The notes under the pieces were generated by a model. The model was not told the origin of the DNA, searched no databases, and saw only the letters and a list, made by a program, of their open reading frames with translations. Shown in pieces: positions 25,152 to 39,600 of a stretch of DNA of 64,000 nt; position 1 is the stretch's first letter, and each line of letters opens with the position of its first letter. This DNA comes from Oculina patagonica. Taxonomy: Eukaryota. The stretch spans positions 5,456,001 through 5,520,000 of the forward strand of contig NC_135767.1 in assembly GCF_052425735.1 (NCBI RefSeq). Reading direction: 5' to 3'. The position numbers and the translations under genes were made by a program.

Positions 25152-27309
25152 ATAGTTAAATTTTTTGACTTTCGGTTCATGTCCTTCCGAGTTCAGTCAC
25201 ACAGCCGTTAACATACCAGCCAGTGATTTCATTACATTCGCTCTAGCAATAAATATACATTATGCCTAGTTTATAAAATTACAAATCCTTCATAGCATAA
25301 AGACTTCAAACTGCAAACTCGAACATGTCATATGGTTCTCCGAGTAACAAAATATTCGTTTTAAACACCACGTTATTAGATACTGATCTAAGGGACTGGT
25401 CATTAGGGATGGTGCAAATAGGGGAAGAGTCCATGGTTTTTATGCAGGGAAAAAAGGGGGAGCATATAAATTTATGTACACATATTAGGGAGGTTTAGGG
25501 GAGTGAGGGGGTTAGAGGAGGGTGGGGAGGGGGTCAGTGAAAAATGTGCTTCATAAAAGGGGAGGATCGGAAGAATTTGAACATAGCATCCCTTCATTTG
25601 CACCAGCCCTCCCCCACCCCTCTCTTTAAGGACCGGTCCCTAAGCAGTAGCTCAACATAATTTAGTTAATCTATGACTATTCTAGTAGGAAAAAAGGGCA
25701 GACGGGAAGGAGGTCAGGGAGGGCAGGGGAGCAAATGGATTGTATTAATCAGGGTAGCAAAGGGGGTTTCTTTTTCCTTTTTCTCCCATTTTTTCCAATT
25801 TCTTCTTTTTTTTAATTTCTCCCTTTTTTTTTTTTTTTTTCCGTCCGTTTTTTTTTCTTTTTTCCGCCGTAAATTTTTTCCCTCTTTCCTTCACAAAAAA
25901 CCCCTCCCCCCCCTCAGTAATCACAAGCCAGACACGTGATTTACAAGTTCCTCGACATCCCCCTAGTTCGGCTTACATGCTGTAACTCATTTCACCAGCA
26001 AACCAATAGAACTATTGTTTTAAAATGAAGTGTTGTACCACTAACAAAGCTCGTGCAGAGTCTGAAAATCGGGAAATAATATGAAATTTCCTGAATAATT
26101 CGTCACCTAGAAAAGAAATTATTATTATTAATAATAATAATTAGGTCTGGGTTCAAGTTGCAACTAGCAAGCCAATATTCCTATTCTGGGCATGACATTT
26201 AATTCATTGCACTGAGTTTGATTAAAAAAAATAGTTCCAAGAAGTCCAAACTGCAAAAGCAAAACTATGTATGAACCCTGAAATGTATACCCCGTACACA
26301 CTAACTAAACTGAACAAAACATACTAACAAAACAACTGAAACCTAAAAGCATAACTTAATACACAAAATAAAAAAACTCCAAATGTGGTTTCATAACGTG
26401 AACCATTATGATCAGCATTAAACCCTATTAAGTTTTAGAGTGAAAAGCTGCATTTGGCTTAAGATTAGAAAGCCAATGTCTAAGGTAAAGTACTCCATTG
26501 GCAACCATATTTTAATTTACCGAACCTTTAAATACCAGCACCTTAAGAATAAGGACTATTTTAAATATTCAATTCTTTAAATACATGTACATTGACATTA
26601 CTTAGGGAAGGCGTGAAAGAGTTCCAAAGGCCTCCAAAAATATACTTATCTTGCAATGATTTTCACTATTTTATAGCAACCCATTAAAACGAGTTGAAAA
26701 TTATTTTACCCTAAAAATATGGCCAGACCATTACATTTCTGAAGGAGAAGGGGGGGGGGGGGGATATATGCTTTAAAAAACTTCCTGCAAGGTTTCACGT
26801 GAAAAATAATAAAGATAATGAGCTGATTTGGCAGCGAAAAAAAAATCCATGTAACCAGTAGCAAATAGCCAGGACAGTTCAGTTCAAATCCTTACAAATT
26901 TTTATTTTTTTTTTTCTTTTTTTTTCCCCTCCCCCGTCAAAAATGTAACTTCCAACCTATACCACTTGGTTGACGATTTATATATATAAATTATCTGACA
27001 TTCTAATTTACCTTTGAATAATTAAGTTACATTATAAAGAAGTAGTTTTTATGAAAACCAAACATAAATTCTACTTCTAATTTCTATTCCATTCTCTCGC
27101 GGTCCAACACATACGTCAAACAATGTCCATTCATTTGTCGCCGTCTGTGACAAACCTTTACTTCGGGTCGTCACATTAAAACACTTTTTAGCTAACAACA
27201 CCGAAAATAAGATTTTTGTCTGAACATGTGTGCAAGTATCATTCACAACCTGTCTGCAAACGCCTTACAACAACCTTACCTATGCACAGTCGAAGGAACG
27301 AGTGCTGTT

Positions 27310-27630
27310 TGACAATCGTCGCACCCGAAGAGTTTCTCGGCAATTTCCGTTGTCCAATCGGAAGTAACACGATAACCCCGCAAAGCTACATTTACTTGCC
27401 GCGAATCGTTTTACCCGAAGAGTTTCCGATTTTCGTTGTCAAGTCGGAAAAAGCACGAGCACTCCGAAGGTTACAACACGTGCCGTTTATGGCAAATCGT
27501 TGTACCCGAAGATTTTCCCATTCTCGATGTCCAATCGGAAGTAACGCGAGCACTCCGAAGGTTACATCACGTGCCATTTATCGGATACAACGATTTGAAA
27601 TCGTTGTATCCGAAGAGTTTCCGAATCTCG
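27310..27630. repeat. Degenerate ~90-bp tandem repeat (4 units) in the probable TBC1D30 3' UTR
   Basis: aatcgt....cccgaagagttt recurs at ~27314, 27404, 27495 and 27599; tgtccaatcggaagtaac also recurs. Confidence 0.65.
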
Positions 27631-27846
27631 TGGCAATCGTAAGTACTCCGAATTTTACCTTACGTTAGGATGGTGTTAACTGAGAACCTATCTGACGAAA
27701 AACCCGGCAGGCACATTCAATTCTATCCGTGACGGGAGAGCGTTTAAAAGACGCTCACTCCTTCGACTGTGCAACAGATTTCTCACATCCGGCTTTAATA
27801 ATTATTATGGGGTTTCATTTAAAAGTCGTGAAATATAATGTTAAGG

Positions 27847-30607
27847 CTAGCTTCGTTTGCTATCCGTTGCCCCATTGACCGCAACCCCGTTAAATCCTTG
27901 GCGAGTTTCCTTTTTCCCCTGAAACGCGTCCATTCGCTTGGCACCTTTCTCCGACATGTTACCGTAAAGAATCCTGCTTCTGTTCGGTTGTTTGTTTCGC
28001 TGAGGAAACGGTCTGAAGTTCTCGGGATACTTACATCTCTTGTCCTCCTCCATAAGCCACGAACTGTTATTAGAGTTACTAGACGCGTGATGCGAGCGGG
28101 TAAACACCCGTCCCGTCCCACTGAAAGTACCCGTACTCGTATCGAGAACAGCAGGGCTGTTTTTGTCTACAACTTTTACCGGTCTGGGCGTTTCACTGTT
28201 TGCGGACGTTACCTTCAATGATGAAGATTCTACAACCGTAACTTTCGGTGGTTTACGTGCAGAATTGAAAACCGGCAGTATCGGTCGATTTTTCGTGGAC
28301 TTTCCAGTTTCTAACGACGACACTTCACCGTTTAACCCAACATGCTGGATTTTGCGCGCGTTTAACGTGACTCGATTGTCCTTTTTAGCTGCTTTCTCAT
28401 CGACAATTCGATCTTTCTTCTCTTCGCTTAGCTTTTCACTTGCGACATTCTCTTTTGTCCTTTCAGTTTCGACTTGTTTACTAGCAGTCTTTGACAGTTG
28501 TTCGTCTTCTGTGACATGTCTCGCCTCTTTTCGTTCCTTTTGATCGCCTTTGAACAACTCGTTCAAATGTTGCATACTTTCCCTTTCATACGCGTTGGGT
28601 TTCACTTCCGGTTTTGACTCGCCCTTGGAACTACTCGCATCGTCCACACAAAGCCGGTCGCTGGCTTTCCCATCGCTTCCTTTCTTAACCCCAAAATGTC
28701 CTCTAGCAGTTTTACTCTTCTTTTTAGTGGCTGACACAAGCAAATGATTGATAGCGGCAGGAATACTCTTTCGCTTTTCGGACTCCTGTATATTTTGTAC
28801 TGTAGCCTCAGAAAACACTACTACAGCATTCTGTTGCATCTGCCGCATCCTGGCGTACTGCTTCTGCAAGTACGACATCTCCTCGTAGACCCGACTTCCT
28901 CTGGACCCGAACTGCTTCGTAGTGTAAGGTAGTGGCGAGTACCCGTCAGTAGCAAACACACCCGGACTAGCAGCTGCGATGTCATTCACATCTGCATCTC
29001 CGGGACCTAACGCTTTGATGCCGTTGCCAGGGGCAAATTCCGAAAATGGTAACAGAGCTCCTAGACAACCGACTCCTTCCAGGTCGTCAATGTCGTCTTC
29101 TTCGTCGCTAGAACCGCGCCCCAGTGCTGATCGCGGGCCCTGATCGCCGGTGGCATCAGAAAACGGATTGATGTTGTAAGTGTACTGTTCTCGAAGTTCT
29201 GCTAAGCCTGGTAAAGGAAACGGTGCAAGAGCGTACACCTCCTACAAAACACAAGGCAAGTTGAATTTAATTACAGTGTAGTCGAACCGCGCTTTGCGGA
29301 CACCGCATATTACGGTGACCCTGATAGTGACTTTAACCCTTGCATTCTTTGGCGGACCCTTTTTGGTGTCCCTATAAGATTGCCGTATGAATTCTTGGAT
29401 GGGGTTCAGTTTTAACTTGAAAAGGACGCTTTCCATTTGTCAGAACTGGCCGGCCAGACCGGTGTATTCGAAAACAGAATACCGTTGTTAGTCGGATTTG
29501 TCCTGTCAAATCAGTCATGCATAAATATTAACATTGTTGTGGTGGGTTTGTTGAAAAATCTCGTGGAAAAGGAGCCATTTCACATTCAAAACCACCGGAC
29601 CGGCCAGCCAGTTCTGAATAATGGAAAGCGCCTTAATTTTTCTTGGCAGCATATCGTACAATTCCGAGCTTATAAACGCATTCCGAATACCTGGAGACCC
29701 GGAAAATTAACCACCGTGGTTAACGCTCTCACGAAAAAAGTAAAAGAAATAGAGAGTGAAAACAAATTTGGAAATGTTGCTCCGTTGTTTTGCAGAAAAC
29801 GTCAAAGAAATGTACCTTTTCCTACACTGTGTGCACGAGTTCGCAGACCGAATTTAACTACCCGCAAGGGAATCCGGTAGTTTCGCCTACAGGTCGATTC
29901 GCCTACAGTGAAGTCGATTCGCCTACACAACCTGAGTTGTTTCGCCTACACCAAAGTCGATTCGCCTACATCAAAGCTTGCTATGTTCCGAAAGATAGAA
30001 GAGAGGAATACCTTAATAAAGTTCAATATTAATAAAGTTTACCTTAACTTGATGGTATGTGTGTGTTATTTTCGCCGAAGCAAACAAATAAAGAGCGAGC
30101 AGACTAAGTTCTAATTTGTCACACACCATAATTTCACTTTATTTTGTCACACACGTTATTGCTAATTTACTTTGATATCGATGTAAAGTAAGTTGTTTAA
30201 CCATGCAGTTGAACAGTGGCCCGTGCAAGGTACTTGTGATTTTTTTTCTTGTTTCTTTATTACAGTGTATAAACATTTTCTATTGTTTGTACTTGCGACT
30301 TTCTTGACAGTAACAGCTAATTACTTCCATAAAGATAACTTTCGCATGCGCGTGCAAACAAAAAGCAACTTAAGATCAGTTTTATTTCGAAACATATTTC
30401 GATTTTTTAAATTCATAAAGTTAGTTGTTTGAAGGTTTACTTTATAAGAAATACTAGTGGCCCGCGCAAGGTACTTGTGACTTTTTCCTGTTTTCCTAAT
30501 TCATAAACCACTTCTATTGTTTGTACTTGCGACTTTTTTGACAGTAACAGCTATTTTTTTCCATAAAGATAACTTTCGCTCGCGCGTGCAAACAAAAAGC
30601 AACTTAA

Positions 30608-30655
<48 letters not shown>

Positions 30656-30667
30656 TCGAGGTCAGGA

Positions 30668-30698
<31 letters not shown>

Positions 30699-33600
30699 TC
30701 CTGACCGAGAGCCAAATATTTTTCCGTCCGGCCCGACCTAACTCAGTCAATAAGCATTTTATCATATGAGGCCCTGCCAGGGGGGTTCCCGTGTCGCTTG
30801 TCCAAATTTAAAAATGTGCCGTATCGCTGTTTTATCGCTCTTCATGTCGCTGTCGGTAATTAAATTGAAGGAACATTGCTTGTCCTTGTCAGAATTTAAG
30901 TTTTTCCAGAAGGGTTGTCGTTTGTCGCAATTTTGTTAGTATGCTGTCACTACTTTTTGCGCCATGTCGCAAATCCTGTACCACCGCTCATGTCTCAAGA
31001 CCCAATTTTGAAAGCACAAGGAATGAAGGTAACTAAACTTATGATTGTTATCTTTATAAAGGAAAGGAAGGCATGCGCTCTCGAAATTTTCGAAACCTAG
31101 AAACTACAAATCTCTTTTAGAGACATTTTTCGTGAGGTATTTCTTGAGAAAAATCAATCTTGTTCAACTGGCGATTATTTTCCCCAAGAAACAAATTTAG
31201 TAAGAGTAACTAGTAAGAGCCACTATGAACTAAAATAAAAAAGTTATTTAAGTGTGAAGACGTAGTAAGCTTTATTGTAAAACCAGTTCACCCATGCATT
31301 CCCTTGAAAAGATGTTCTTGCGACTTTTAAAGCAATCAGAGTAACACATTTGCCTCATGTCTTAATGAAAAAAATTCTTTTCGTAGGTAGCACCGCTAAG
31401 CTATGCGCGATGCGAGAACATCCTTTCTCGGTCCCAGGCCTTGTGTCTTCTTCCTAGTCCATACTAGTCAAACATTACGCGTGACCAGCGAGTATATAAA
31501 AATCCCCGATCGCAACCTTAAGAAATACGCTCTACTAAAGATGAAGTCTTCAAATAAATTTAGATGAAGTCTAAAAATCCCCGATCGCAACCTTAAGAAA
31601 TACGCTCTACTAAAGATGAAGTCTTCGAATCGGTATCCGGACAACTCGCCCCCTAGAAAATTCGCCCCAGACAACTCGCCCCCAGTCGTAAGACAATATC
31701 ATTTGTCCCCGACTTGTGTTTTGGTAAAAGAAAGTGAAAACCTGAATATTTCTCGTTCTTAAAGCGTGTGCAAAGAGAGACAACTTAAGCAAACTGTTCG
31801 TTAGCAAAACGACTCGAAGGCAAAATTGGGGGCGAGTTGTCTGGGGCTAGTTGTCTGGGGGGCGAGTTGTCTGACATTCTTCGAATCGACTTTTGTGTAG
31901 GCGAAACAACTCAGGTCGTGTAGGCGAATCGACTTCACTGTAGGCGAATCAACCTGTAGGCGAAACTACTTGTAGGCGAAACGACTGACATTCCCCGCAA
32001 GTAACAACAAACCTGTAAGTGGCGACCTTGCTAAATTCTAAGTCACATTTTGATCACAACAGGTATGTTTGTACTCTCTGTTTAGAAACGTGACAGTGAC
32101 TTGTTGCAAGGAGTGGAAGTTTTTTATTTACTGTTTTTGCTTCGCTGTTCCGAACGCATGACGAATGTATGCGAACATTTCCCGAAAATTGTTGCTCTGG
32201 GACCGAACGTCCTCCGGAAAAATTCTCGTTAATGTAAATCCGAATGCTGAACGAATGTTAACGAACATTTACCGAACCGTTGGTCTAGAGTCAATTGTTT
32301 CCTCTGGAAACGTTCGTTACTGACCCGAACGCGTGCGTACGAACATTTTCCGTGAACTGTTGAACACTGGGCGTCCCGAATGCTAATGCTTATCGATATG
32401 GCTAATTTAAATTTACATGTTAAAATATCAAATATAGATGAAAGAGATAATTCTCACTAACTTTAAAATAAAAAAAGTTGTGAAAAAATCAAAAAAAATT
32501 AAAAAAGCAAACCTGAGCTAACAAAAATGACACTTCGAGGAGAAGATTTTCTATTGAAATATAGAAGAGTGAGTTGGTGCACGTTACCTGCATTAGCGTT
32601 TGACAATCTATGACATTTCCAGTCGAAACGTCTTGTATAAGTACACCCATTGTGCTGTAAAAGTCATCTGCAGTCTCCACGTCGTCAAGGCGCCTGTTAA
32701 AGAGATAATGTGCCTCTTAACATCTAAAGGTGTATCAATACTGGGACTGACAAGTCATTAAAAGGCACGCGAGCTCACAGACAGCTGTTTTATCAAACGA
32801 TCGTGCATTTATACACGGCTGACTACAAATCCAGTTGCTGTGTTTTAAAATGATTCCAGTTACACCTGGGAAAGCAGAACAGTTTACGGAATTACCTTAA
32901 GGTTACCATTGTTAGCGGCTACCCATTTTAGCAAGTTGGGCAAAAATTGCTAAATTTAGTGCTCGCTAAAATTTGTCTCGGTCAAATTTACACCCTAAAG
33001 GAAAACAAAACTAAACGTAGTCGACTTGAAAATTTCTTTAAAAATTGGATGCCAGTAACATTGTTCTTTCTGGCAGTACAAATGTTCGTTCAATTTCAAG
33101 TGAGTTTGTTCTTTTACTGAACATTTATTTCCATCTTAGCTATATGTCCATTAAAAACTGGTTTACAGGATATCACTAATCTTTTAAAACTTTCAGAAAA
33201 TCGCTAAATGTTGCTCAGAAAAAATCGCTTACATTTATAGTAGTTGCTAACAATAGTAACCCTAAGGTACGTCTTCACTTGTCTGAGACCGCACTACAAT
33301 AGATCCATTTCAACAGCTTCGTATGCAAATTGCCCGCTTGTGAACACGCGACGTTTTCTCTTCTTTTACTAAAATAAAACACTAATTTCTGAAAATTCAC
33401 CCTCCCCTATCCTGGAAATACGGTAACGCCCTCAAATCTCAGACGCAATAAGCCGTCCGATTATAAGATCCCCGAACACAAGACAATGGGCCCATATTTT
33501 GACACAATTTCTTGTATATTAATAAGCCCTTGCAGTGTAGGAAGATATTTTTTCGCAATCACGGCTGGGTCAGGCGGACGCGATCGCTTAAAAAATAATA

Positions 33601-36600
33601 AATTAATAAAAAAAAACTTTCGACCTAATAAACTGAAACGCGCCGGATTTTTAGACATTGAAACGCAAAATTTTCAACTGACTGCAACTTTTTGCAAAAC
33701 AAACTGACTGACTGACTGAAGTGCCTACCTGCCTGGCAGACAGACAGACAGACAGACAGACTTACTGACTGACAGACAAACTGACTGACAAGAAAACAAC
33801 ACAAGGCTTGATACTTACTCTCCCAGTTTACCCCAGATAGCAACAGCAGCTCTAAGAAGCACCTCTGAGCCTTCCAGCAAGATAGAATCCCACACACGGA
33901 GCACAGTCTCCTCAGGCAAACATGTCGCAAACAGTGTTAGAAACCACTGCATGGTGAACACGTTGATTAAGGGTGGCTCGTACATGGCGTTTGAACCGTT
34001 CTGTGACAAGGCTTGTGCTTGTAAGCTGTCCAGATGTTTGGAAAGCCTCTCCAGCTTTGCTCGCATCAAGTCACGGAGCACTGCCATGTCAACGGACAAG
34101 GCGCGCAGATTGTTTGCAAAGTAGTTGGTGGGTAACACATGGTCAATCACATACACCATGACCTAGGAAGTAAAATGAAAACAGTTTTAAAACCATTTCA
34201 AACAATTACAGTGGGTTCTTGAATGAGTAAATGTGTAGTATGTGAAACCCAGTCAGATGTGGGATTAATAAATAGCATACCCTTATGGTAATAAACCAAG
34301 GGCTTTGATCTATCATCTGATTGGACACAGCACAAATATCATGTTATATCAGACTGAAGTGTTTTTGCTTTTAGAGAGGGGGCTAACTGAGAAGCATGTC
34401 TGTACTTGACCAAACTACAAACCAGACATTGAAGGGTTTTGGCTTAAATTCAGCATAGTCAAAACAACTTCAAATTTCGCATGTAGGTTTGCTTACATGT
34501 GTAAAACATTGACCTGTATTTTTTTCGCTGGATTTTCCTGCATTTCCAAGAAACAACGTATGCAAAAACCATGCTTTTTGCTGGCGGCGCAGTTTTGATG
34601 AGTAACTTAAAACAAATCCACCCAAAACTAATCTAAACACAATACTTGAGTGTTACATGTAATAATTTTGCATAAGTTGCTTATTATTAGGGCCACATAC
34701 AATACAATAATGGAGTAAGTGCACTCATATAAAAAAAATCTTAATAGGTGTTGATTTAATGGGAGTGTTAAATGGAATGTGGGCACTAAAATCAAACCTA
34801 TACAACAAAACTGTGAATCATGCAATTCTCCCAACTGGTACTAATGAAAATGTATGAAAACTAGTAAGGAGAATATGTAAAAAACTCACCTTCAGTGCAT
34901 CTTCCTCATTTCTTTCCATGACCTGTAGAATTAATGCTGCAATGACATTGAACCCTTGACAGTACCCCACAGCCTTGTTACGCCTGGCATAAGCTAACAA
35001 AACCCGCTTTAAGGATGCTCTCTCTTCTGGAGTGTCCTGACCACAAAACCAGCTACAGCCTGTGCGATGAAGATCCTGAACAAGTCAAATATATTTGTAG
35101 AAATTAATACAAGTACAATAATGTATAAGTCTGTGTTTGATCCTAGTGGTCCACCAGGCTAGAGCTTTTCCCGATTTCAGTAGCATGAAGCTCTGACTTG
35201 GAGTATTTCTACTTCTCCCCTGGATGGGATGCTAGTCCATTACAGGGTTACTGCTGATGCCCATTTGTACACCTGGGTGGAGAAAGGCATTATGAGAGTA
35301 AAGTGTCTTGCCAAGAACACAACACCATGACCTTGGCCAGGGCTCGAACCTGGAACAATAACTGTGAGACTTGTCGCCTCTAGGGATGAACCATTAACAC
35401 TTTTTTTAATTTGGGGAGGGGAGGGGGAGGGCAGGCATTTTTTCTAAAGATTAGGACTTGAATTCTTGTCCCTTTCTGGATGTGTGTTCTGTCCTCAAGG
35501 ATTTTGTTTCATGCGATATTCCTCTTGGACACCAACTCTCACCTTCACTATTTGTGATCCTAGCTCATCATCATCTGGGTTGCTCTTTTCATTAAAGCAA
35601 AACTTGGCTGTTTTTTCCCAGTCCAAATCCTTTATCTTGCTTTCTGCCAGACACAACCAGAGCTAAAGAAAATTAATTAACAATAATTAGTAAATGTAAG
35701 TTTAGAACAGTAAGGATTTACCAACATGCAACTGTAATAATTTATTGTTCCAAAATATCCCTTTCAGTTATGCTAGCCCAGGCAAATCAAACTGAAGTCA
35801 AAATTATCCACCAAAAGAAATCCATCCAACAGTAAACTTAAGATATTAGCTACTTGTACGCTGTACATGTAGGCCACTATCTTACCCTTCTTCTCCACGG
35901 TGATGGGACACCTTCCTTTAGCCTTGCAATGGCTTTGAATGCAGCAAGCCACTAGAAGAATAGACAGCAAACAGTGTTCACATGAAGATGGTAGGAATTA
36001 GGAATAGACAAATATTTATTATAGTTGTTCAACAAATGCGCACGCTGCCCATATAATTATGGTCAAAATGTTAACATTATCTGTCATCCGTACATGACAG
36101 ATATCCTGCGATATACGTAGGTTGCGAAGATTTGTCTAAAGTCTTGTAAAGCGCTGCATAATTACAGTTTTTCTATCTGCCAAATGTGCTTCGTTGACAA
36201 TTTGCTGAATAATAAAACAATTATCCTGCTCAATCTTGCGGAATATCATCTGATTTTAATCAGCTCGGCCTACGGCCTCAAAAACCAAGGGAACCCTCCA
36301 AAGAGTAAAATCACACAATTTATTTAGTTTCGAACATTTAATAGGCCAACGACACCAACATGGTTGACCCCGACGTCGATGAAAACATCAATATCGAGCT
36401 GTGAACAACATCTCCAGGCTTTGCATTAGCGCAGAATAGATTAAACTCCTAGTCACAAACTCTGCTTTCTGTCTTACTCCGCGAACTAACTTCGTGTCTC
36501 GTTTGTTTTGTTGACGTTGTTTCAGTTACATTGAAATAAACGCCTCATATCTATTTAACGCCCCCTGTAGGATCCCTAAAATTTAATAGACGCCCCGGGC

Positions 36601-39600
36601 GTCTAGTAGATCATTTACGGTAAACAAATTTTAAAAGCGAATACTAAGCCGCAGATCATCTCAGTGAAGGGTGCACACCTTTTGCACCCTTCCCCTTACC
36701 TAGATCCGCCCCTGTACATTGTAAGTGAAACATCCTGTCAGCGAACACCCAGGTATGTCCACACAAAAAAAGTGCCCACAAAGAAGAGGAGACTCTTTAT
36801 TGGAGGTTTAAAATAGATTGTTTGTAAGTGGCAGGGCCATGACAAGGTGTCTGCTTATGGGATGGGGGTGTGCAATGCATTCGACATAACAAAACAAAGT
36901 CATCTACTTACATGTTTAAAGGCCTTCTTTCCACTTTGAGGGATGAATGAAAATCTGATTTTTGTGTCCACACCTAAGAGAAACGGTGCGAGAAAAACCC
37001 TCAGAGCAAGGACAAAAAACAACAACAAATTCAACCCACATAATGTACACCTGACATATGGCCCTAGGTCTAGGATTCAGACCCACTATTGTTATTAATC
37101 ATATTGAGCCTTTTAGCTAGAATCAGACAATATTCCACAAAAAAGCAGGATAACTGCTTTTATTAGTCAACAAATTGTAAAAAAAAATAGTATTTTACAG
37201 CTAAAGAGCGCTTATGCAGCAATTTCCAAGAACTTGGACACAGGGTTGGAAATTAGTGCTCGCCCACTCGCCCAGGCAAATGTGAAAACTGTCGGGCGAG
37301 TACAAATCACGGATCACTCGCCCGGTTTGGCGAGTACGATTTTCATATCCAGAATATAGTTTTCAAAATAAGCGTCCACCGATCCACGAAACGCGGCAAG
37401 ATTGCTTTTCCTGCCTCTTTTTCTGTACAATTTCGACACTTTGCTTGCAACATACAGGAATTTGGGAAGACGTATCAAATTAAAAACTGTGTTTCAACTT
37501 TTGAAGTAAGCATGCTCATGGTTAAATTGTGAAGTAAGGTCTTTTTTTTGCCGATTTTTCATTCAAGAAATAGATTGCAGTCTGTATCATGATCGACCAC
37601 CACTGTGGCACGATGAGTATCGAATGTGATTAAAAATGTTAGGGGAGGGGGGCTAAATTTTCCTTTCTTTAATGGAGGAGACTGGGAGAGAAAAAAATTG
37701 ATCTGGGCGAGCGCAATTTGAAGGTCAGTCGCCCAGATGGCGAGTGCTCCGAAATTTTAGTTTCCAACCCTGTGGACAAATCTCTGCAAACTACATAATA
37801 TCACAGATAATCTGTTATCTACGGATGACAGATAACAAGGACTTCCTGACCATATATTGGCATCGAGATAGTTAAGTTTGTTGAATAATAATTTTTGAAT
37901 ATATGTGTCAAATGACTTCATGAAGCTGGGCTTCTTTTACCTGATGATCACTACTGCCGGGGGGAGGGGGGGGATTAACGATTTTTTGAAGTGGGCATTG
38001 GGTAGACCAGTTCTGTCCTTAGCTCTCACATAATAGTCTAGGGGAAATAGTGAGTGCGAGAACCAGACAACAATATAAGTAAGTATCATACAGTATAGTA
38101 GCTGTATAATTTGCGTGATACAAATATCTTGGTCTGAGAAACAATATTTATAAATAATTTCAAAGGGATTATGGGACCTTCAAACACTTGACATCCAAAT
38201 CTACAGAGCTTTATTTCACAAATTTAATAATAAACCCTAATCCCCCTCATTCGGCCTGCCTGTGCTGGCGGATAAACACAGCCCCAGAGGAAGTCTAGCT
38301 TTCAATACAAACTGCATATATAAAAAAGCTGCTTTATAAATGACTCATCATGCGTGCCGACAAATTGTACTGCAAAGACTTGCCTGTCAAAAGCTGTCAA
38401 AAATGTCTACAGCCTTATTAGCGTCGGCATCTTGATTAATAAATTGTCACTCACAATAAATACAATCCTCATTTACATTTAACCAATTTATCTTGCTTTG
38501 ATCCGAAGAACAACAGATTTTGCCAATTTGGATTTCAGTTTTGGGTACAGTTTCTTAGTTACGTCAGAACTGTTGTGATAATTGAAATATTTACAATAAT
38601 CTTCACATCTTACAGTGTACAACACAGTGTCCCATTCACATTAAAATAGGCAGGAACTACATGACAATGTCAAAAAACTTTCTTCTAACAATAGTGAAAT
38701 ACAAAACTTGTAAAATTTTCAAGGCTTCAACTTGACTGTATAAAGAAACCGTGATTGATCAAAAAATAACTTTGCATGTTGGGGACAAAAATAAGACGTG
38801 TCAAGCAATTTACATCACAATAGATTTTAGAACGATTCAACAATTTTTTGGCAATTTTTATCCACAGATGTACGTATTGAAAAAAGCTGAGTTGTTGCAG
38901 CGACATCACGCTGCGTTTATGTGTTAAAAAATTATTTTTTAGATCTTTCCAAAAAAGAACACCCCCGCCTCCAATAAACGCAATTCTAATATATAATCCC
39001 AGCTTTGATCACTAAATACAAATAGCGACCTTTGTCGTGAAGTTATATATAGAAATCATTGTGAATGCTTTTGATGTCTGTGCTGAAAAATCGGGGTAAA
39101 ATTAATTAATTTACCACAGAGAGATCCCCTCTCTTGAACACCTATGATTTGTTTTCTATTTTAATTTGAAACTGCCACAAGTATGGAAACGTAAAAATTA
39201 AAATTTCTCAACAAATTGATTTGTGTAGGAGGGAACTTTCTACTTACGCCGTTTCAATGAAACCGCTTGGAGAATTGCAGTTAAAACATCAAAGTTTCTT
39301 TGCAGTTTGTAAGCGTGTTTATCCCTTCGTTTCAGCTGTTTAACCAATTTTGTCGACAACATGGAAATTCGTGTTCGCATCTCCTTCGCCATAACTCTCA
39401 GCTCATCCGTATCTGCGTGTGTACAAGAAATGAATTCAACATAAATAACTAAATTAAAAGACATCACCTGCACAAATGCTGACTGTTTTAGCAAAATATT
39501 CAAGTCTAAGAGTTAAAGGAATAAAATACGCTTAGATCTTGCAATTAACACCCCTGAAATAACTGTGAAATAGTAGTTCGTAAGCTTATTACAGTATCGA

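Larger units (their letters stand above)
29869..31993. mobile_element. Non-autonomous DNA transposon with subterminal ttcgcctaca repeats and 8-bp TSD cccgcaag (possibly Zisupton-like)
   Basis: Left end ggaatccggtagtttcgcctaca; right end tgtaggcgaaacgactgacattc; TSD at 29861-29868 and 31994-32001. Contains internal tandem duplications (~30217-30375/30457-30607 and 31498-31551/31573-31626) and nested elements. Confidence 0.85.

Noticed and set aside
27819-28932. Several + strand and alternative-frame ORFs
   Set aside because: They are shadows of the long last exon of TBC1D30.
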